From an uncultured Alphaproteobacteria bacterium (GTDB lineage Bacteria > Pseudomonadota > Alphaproteobacteria > SP197), in assembly GCA_938048755.1 (NCBI GenBank), contig CALIUG010000081.1, positions 271-64,270 of the forward strand: a DNA stretch of 64,000 nt, given 5' to 3'. The position numbers were made by a program, and so were the translations under genes. Positions 59,464-64,000 of this stretch are shown here, in pieces. The notes under the pieces were generated by a model. The model was not told the DNA's origin, searched no databases, and saw only the letters and a list, made by a program, of their open reading frames with translations. Numbering within the stretch: the first letter of the stretch is position 1; each line of letters starts with the position of its first letter.

Positions 59464-61902
59464 TCACAACTCCGGGGGTGCTCCGGCCAGGACTTCGCGT
59501 TTGCCGACATGGTTGGCGGGGCTGACCACGCCTTCACGCTCGAGCTGTTCGATGATCGTGGCGGCACGGTTATAGCCGATCTTCAGGTGCCGCTGGATGA
59601 AGCTGGTCGAGGCTTTCTGTTCCTTGGTCACCAGGAACACGGCCTGATCATATAGCGCCTGATCCTTGTCACCGCCATCGGCAAAGCCGCCCACGCCACC
59701 CATATCGGTGGGCATCTCGAAGGGTTCTTCGGTGACGGACTCAATGTAGTCGGGCTCGCCTTGGCTTCTCAGGAATTCGGCGACCTGCTGGACCTCGTCG
59801 TCGCCCACAAAGGGTCCGTGAATACGGGTCAGGCGGCCGCCGCCACGCATGAACAGCATGTCGCCCTTGCCCAGCAACTGCTCGGCACCCTGTTCGCCGA
59901 TGATGGTGCGGCTGTCGATCTTGGACGTGACATGGAAGCTGATGCGGCTTGGGAAGTTTGCCTTGATCGTACCGGTGATGACATCGACCGAGGGGCGTTG
60001 CGTGGCCATGATGAGGTGGATGCCCGCAGCACGTGCCATCTGTGCCAGGCGCTGGATCGCACCTTCGATGTCACGTCCCGCGACCAGCATCAGATCGGCC
60101 ATCTCGTCAACGATGACCACGATGAAGGGCAGTTTCTTCTCGGCGATCATCTCTTCTTCAAAGACCGGCTCGCCCGATTCCGCGTTGAAGCCGGTCTGGA
60201 CCGCGCGGGTCAGCGGCAGCCCCTTGGCGAGCGACTCTTCGATACGCTTGTTGAAGCCGTCAATGTTGCGCACGCCGACCTTCTGCATGGCACGGTAACG
60301 CTGCTCCATCTCGCGCACGGTCCATTTCAGCGCCATCACGGCCTTGCCCGGTTCCGTGACCACGGGGGTCAGCAGATGGGGAATGTCGTCATAGACACTG
60401 AGTTCCAGCATCTTGGGATCGATCATGATCATGCGGCATTCTTCCGGCGTCATGCGGTAGAGCAGCGACAGGATCATGGCGTTGACCGCGACCGACTTGC
60501 CCGAACCTGTGGTCCCCGCGACCAGCAGATGCGGCATGTTGGCCAGGTCCTCGATCACCGGTGCGCCGGAGATTTCCTTGCCCAGGGCAATGGGGAGCTT
60601 CAGGCCCTGTTTCTTGTAATCCCTGCATTCCATCAGCTCGCGCAACGCAACCGTCTCGCGGTCCTTGTTGGGAAGCTCGATGCCCAGAACCGTGCGGCCG
60701 GGCACCACGGCGACGCGGGCAGAGATGGCCGACATGTTCCGCGCAATGTCGTCGGCCAGGCCGATCACGCGGCTGGCGCGGATGCCTGCTTCGGGCTCGA
60801 GCTCGTACATGGTCACGACCGGACCGGGACGCACATCGGCAATCTCGCCACGGATGCCGAAATCCGAAAGCACGCCTTCGAGCATGCGCGCGTTCTGTTC
60901 CAGCCCCTCTTCGTCCACCTGCTTGCGCGTGGAATGATCGACCTCGGTCAGGAGTTCGATGGCAGGAAGACTGAACCCATCGGAAGGATCAAAGGCAAAG
61001 GCGGTCTGCTTGGGCGCCTTGCGACGGGTCTTGCCCGGCGTATCGGCGCGCGGCTTGACGCGACCCTTGGCGGCAGGTTTCTCCGGCTCGGCAACCCTGC
61101 GCGGCGCAGCCGTTGCGGTGACGGTGGCAGGCTCCTCGTCTTCTTCTTCCTCATACCAGGCCTCTTCGTCGTCCTCACGGACGTCTTCGGTTTCCTCTGG
61201 TCTGCGGGCAAACCGCTCGCGCAGATCAGACAGCATCTGGGGAACGGTTTCACGCAGAGCGGGCAGACCGTCGCGTGCCTTCTCAAAGGACCACTGCCAG
61301 GCTGTGCGCAGCGCACGTCCCAGGGTGGCAAGATCGGTCCAGGGCAGCGCCGTGGCAAAGGCAAAGGCGGCCAGTCCCGGCAAGGCAAGGGCCAGCACGA
61401 CCCAGCCGACCGCCAGGTCGGCAATCAGGGGAACCTTGATCATCGCGGTTGCGATCAGCGCCCCGGCCAGACCACCGGGTCCGGCGGGCAGGCCATCGGC
61501 GCCGGGCCAGGCCGCCAGAGTCATTGCAGGGCAGATCAGCAACAGGGCAATGGGCGTCATGACCAGACGCCATGCCGGATTCGGCAGGGCATGGCGCACG
61601 ATCAGGCGGCGTGCCCAGGCAAACAAGATCAACGATGGCAGATAGGCTGCGACCCCAAGCCAGGTGAAGGCCAGATCGGAGGTGAACGCGCCCAGCAGCC
61701 CCGCCATGTTGGCGGGCGCGGCATTGGTCGCGTGATTGAACGAGGGGTCGGCAGCGTCATAGGTAAAGAGCGCCAGCAGAAGCCAACCCGCCGTCAGGGC
61801 ACAGGCGATGCCCAGGGTCTCGATGGCGCGCAGGCGCATCCAGGCTGCGGCCTGGGGAGGCAGAAACTGAAAACTGAAGTTCGGTGCGCTACGGGTTGCC
61901 AT
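59464..61902 (-). CDS. ftsK: DNA translocase FtsK
   Basis: N-terminal TM domain, an acidic/Pro-rich linker, a motor domain with GTTGSGKSV Walker A, and a C-terminal gamma domain. Start trimmed to [10 protein letters not shown] to avoid overlapping the upstream gene. Confidence 0.9.
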   Translation of the reverse strand: MATRSAPNFSFQFLPPQAAAWMRLRAIETLGIACALTAGWLLLALFTYDAADPSFNHATNAAPANMAGLLGAFTSDLAFTWLGVAAYLPSLILFAWARRLIVRHALPNPAWRLVMTPIALLLICPAMTLAAWPGADGLPAGPGGLAGALIATAMIKVPLIADLAVGWVVLALALPGLAAFAFATALPWTDLATLGRALRTAWQWSFEKARDGLPALRETVPQMLSDLRERFARRPEETEDVREDDEEAWYEEEEDEEPATVTATAAPRRVAEPEKPAAKGRVKPRADTPGKTRRKAPKQTAFAFDPSDGFSLPAIELLTEVDHSTRKQVDEEGLEQNARMLEGVLSDFGIRGEIADVRPGPVVTMYELEPEAGIRASRVIGLADDIARNMSAISARVAVVPGRTVLGIELPNKDRETVALRELMECRDYKKQGLKLPIALGKEISGAPVIEDLANMPHLLVAGTTGSGKSVAVNAMILSLLYRMTPEECRMIMIDPKMLELSVYDDIPHLLTPVVTEPGKAVMALKWTVREMEQRYRAMQKVGVRNIDGFNKRIEESLAKGLPLTRAVQTGFNAESGEPVFEEEMIAEKKLPFIVVIVDEMADLMLVAGRDIEGAIQRLAQMARAAGIHLIMATQRPSVDVITGTIKANFPSRISFHVTSKIDSRTIIGEQGAEQLLGKGDMLFMRGGGRLTRIHGPFVGDDEVQQVAEFLRSQGEPDYIESVTEEPFEMPTDMGGVGGFADGGDKDQALYDQAVFLVTKEQKASTSFIQRHLKIGYNRAATIIEQLEREGVVSPANHVGKREVLAGAPPEL

Positions 61903-61960
61903 GATCAGGCTCGCTTGCTGGAAAGATGCGAAAATCGGGAAAGATGCATGTGCCACGCCA

Positions 61961-63151
61961 TCACAGGGTCTCGGCAATGCGGGTCAGAGCAGTCCGGGTG
62001 GTCTCGAGATCGCTCACCAGGGCAACGCGGATGAATTCGGCAGCTTCGTTGCTGCCGTCGGGCATGTCTTCGGCCAGGTAGCGGCCGGGCAGCACCTTCA
62101 CGGCAGCCTCGCCCCACAGGCGTTTGGAGGCCTCGATGCCGTCGCCGACATCCAGCCACAGGAAAAACCCGCCCGGCGGGCGATAGAATCCGAAGCGGTT
62201 ACCCAGAATGCGCTCAGCAATGTCGATCTTCTCGCGATAAAGACGCCGGTTCTCGGCCACATGGGCCTCATCGGACCACAAGACATCGGCGGCGGCATAG
62301 TGGGACATGGAACTCGACGCCGCGGCGTATTTGCGCAGGCGCAGAAAGGCTTCCAGGAAGGCGGGATCACCGGCGACAAAGCCGTGACGCAGGCCGGGAA
62401 CGCTGGAACGCTTGGACAGCGAATGGAAGCACACGACGTTGGAAAGGTCGTTGTCGGCAGCACAGATTTCCATCACGCCCGACGGTGGTTCACGGTCGTA
62501 GATTTCCGCGTAACATTCGTCGGAAACCAGCAGAAAATCGTGCTTTCTGGCCAGATCGACGGCGCGCCGGTAATAGGCAAGATCAGCCACCGTGCCCTGG
62601 GGATTGGCCGGTGAACACAGATAGAAGATCGCCGTTCGCTCCAGCACGTCGGGCGTCAGGGCATCCAGATCGGGCAGGAAGTTGGTTTCGCGCCTGCAGG
62701 ACAGGAACACCGGTTCCGCACCGGCACAGACCGCTCCGCCCTTATAGGGCTGGTAGAACGGGTTGGGCAGAAGGGCAACCGGGGTCTTGCTGCCTTTGGC
62801 ACGCGGCACGGCGGCCAGCGCGATCATGAAGAGGCCCTCGCGCGTGCCCTGAACCGGCAGGATGGCGCGATCCGGGTCAATCAGGGTGTCGGGCAGGCCG
62901 TAACGCCGGTTCAGCCAGCCCGCCATGGTGCGGCCCAGGGCTGGCGTGCCTTCGATCGGGGGGTAGATCCCGTAACCGTCAAAGCTGCCTGAAAGCGCCT
63001 CGCGGGCAATCTCGGGAACGCCGTGTTTGGGTTCGCCGATCCACATAGGGATGGCATCAGCGTGTCCATCCGGCAAGGGAATGTCCTTCACCAGAGCGTT
63101 CATGCGCCAGAACGGATAGTCCTGAAGGTCGTTCAGCTTGTCGCTGATCAT
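61961..63151 (-). CDS. Class I/II PLP-dependent aminotransferase (DapC/succinyldiaminopimelate-transaminase-like)
   Basis: 396 aa; N-terminal [15 protein letters not shown] and the PLP-lysine region [14 protein letters not shown]. Confidence 0.75.
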   Translation of the reverse strand: MISDKLNDLQDYPFWRMNALVKDIPLPDGHADAIPMWIGEPKHGVPEIAREALSGSFDGYGIYPPIEGTPALGRTMAGWLNRRYGLPDTLIDPDRAILPVQGTREGLFMIALAAVPRAKGSKTPVALLPNPFYQPYKGGAVCAGAEPVFLSCRRETNFLPDLDALTPDVLERTAIFYLCSPANPQGTVADLAYYRRAVDLARKHDFLLVSDECYAEIYDREPPSGVMEICAADNDLSNVVCFHSLSKRSSVPGLRHGFVAGDPAFLEAFLRLRKYAAASSSMSHYAAADVLWSDEAHVAENRRLYREKIDIAERILGNRFGFYRPPGGFFLWLDVGDGIEASKRLWGEAAVKVLPGRYLAEDMPDGSNEAAEFIRVALVSDLETTRTALTRIAETL

Positions 63152-63255
63152 GGAAATACCCCGCCGTTGGATGGCGAGCTTAACATGATGATCAAACGAA
63201 ATCCAAAAAAATCGTTGTCTCTCGCAGACTTATAGCCGTTCCTTGGACTCGTCTG

Positions 63256-63555
63256 TCAATCCGACAGGCGTGTTTCCAGATCCATCGCCTGATGCAGGAC
63301 TCGGACGATCTCGATCCGTGAGGACTCCGCGTAGCGATAGAATATGATGTGCGAGCCGCAGGGTTGCTTGCGGTAACCCGTTCGGATGTCGCTCGCATCC
63401 CGCCCCTTGCGCTTTCCATTGGCAAGGTCATTGCAGGCATCGCGAAGTTGCAGGAGGTAACGCTCTGCCTGGCTCAGGCCCCAGCGTTCCAAGGTGAAGT
63501 CATAAATCGATTCGATGTCGGCAAGGGCGCCAGGCGTGAACCTCAGTTCAGCCAT
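63256..63555 (-). CDS. parE: Type II toxin ParE/RelE family
   Basis: 99 aa; overlaps the upstream antitoxin gene by 8 nt; RelE/ParE fold signature (IFYRY...EIVRVLH). Confidence 0.8.
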   Translation of the reverse strand: MAELRFTPGALADIESIYDFTLERWGLSQAERYLLQLRDACNDLANGKRKGRDASDIRTGYRKQPCGSHIIFYRYAESSRIEIVRVLHQAMDLETRLSD

Positions 63556-63799
63556 TTGGGGCGTCTTGGGCCCGTTTTTGTGTCAGAAACCTATCGAAAT
63601 CGAAGTCTGTTGCGACGCCGCTTTCTTCACCCTCGATCAGGGCTGAACGCAGGGCGCTGAGCTTGGCCTCATGCTCCTCGAGCATCCGCAGGCCGGCGCG
63701 CACAACCTCGCTGGTTGAACCGTAACGACCGTTGGCAACCTGCGAACCGACAAACCGATTGAAGTGATCACCCAGAATCACTGATGTGTTCTTGCTCAT
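63548..63799 (-). CDS. parD: Type II antitoxin ParD (CopG/Arc/MetJ ribbon-helix-helix)
   Basis: 83 aa; [16 protein letters not shown] is the ParD signature. Confidence 0.8.
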   Translation of the reverse strand: MSKNTSVILGDHFNRFVGSQVANGRYGSTSEVVRAGLRMLEEHEAKLSALRSALIEGEESGVATDFDFDRFLTQKRAQDAPNG

Positions 63800-63885
63800 G
63801 ACCTGACTCCCTGCATCTGCGAGATTATATCATAACACATGGTACTACACAGCATTCCTGTCGCCCGGTCAGAGAGGCAAATGCG

Positions 63886-64000
63886 TTACTTCGCTTGCCC
63901 CTTGATCCGCTCGCGGTGCCAGACGTAGAGGCCCGCGCCGATGATGACGGCGATGCCGGCCCAGGACCAGCCATCGGGGAAGGTACCGAAGATCAGCAGG
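63886..64000 (-). CDS. EamA/DMT-family transporter, C-terminal fragment (gene continues past window end)
   Basis: The reverse strand reads ...LIFGTFPDGWSWAGIAVIIGAGLYVWHRERIKGQAK-stop, a typical DMT C-terminus. Confidence 0.4.
   Translation of the reverse strand, partial: LLIFGTFPDGWSWAGIAVIIGAGLYVWHRERIKGQAK

Noticed and set aside
1-64000. Looked for CRISPR arrays, IS elements or transposases, integrases, tRNA and rRNA genes.
   Set aside because: No direct-repeat/spacer periodicity, no transposase- or integrase-like ORFs, no GGTTCGAATCC-type tRNA T-arm signatures in intergenic regions, and no rRNA-like conserved stretches were found.

Overview
This 64 kb window is a high-GC chromosomal segment with alphaproteobacterial gene content and order, spanning the replication-origin-proximal region. 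The conserved core reads purH(partial), rho, hemJ-hemH-hemE, a putative oriC, a DUF299 regulator, maf-aroE-coaE-dnaQ, two quinone oxidoreductases, a DUF255 thioredoxin-domain protein, a ferredoxin, mnmE-mnmG-rsmG-parA-parB, holA-lptE-leuS, trpS, trmB, metK, an XRE regulator, lnt-corC-ybeY-phoH-miaB, olsA/olsB-like genes, fur, a tusA-like gene, tsaB-rimI, nfu, uspA, a tauE-like gene, ftsK, and a ParDE toxin-antitoxin pair at the right edge. Four perfect copies of the canonical 16-bp parS centromere palindrome (TGTTTCACGTGAAACA) flank and lie inside mnmE and rsmG, just upstream of parAB. The hemE/DUF299 intergenic gap has clustered TGTGG DnaA-box-like repeats, an AT-rich tract and six GANTC sites within about 180 bp, so I call it the probable chromosomal origin. 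The most unusual content is an accessory block at 27.2-38 kb: two tandem near-identical porin genes followed by nine tandem, co-directional, tightly packed paralogous sulfotransferases. These resemble eukaryotic cytosolic SULTs and each keeps the PAPS-binding motifs; this array is the candidate undescribed system. A Stf0-type sulfotransferase plus a VOC enzyme are also inserted between parB and holA. I saw no tRNA, rRNA, CRISPR or IS elements. Most long antisense ORFs in the track are high-GC artefacts. My hand-counted coordinates for short motifs may be off by 1-2 bp.
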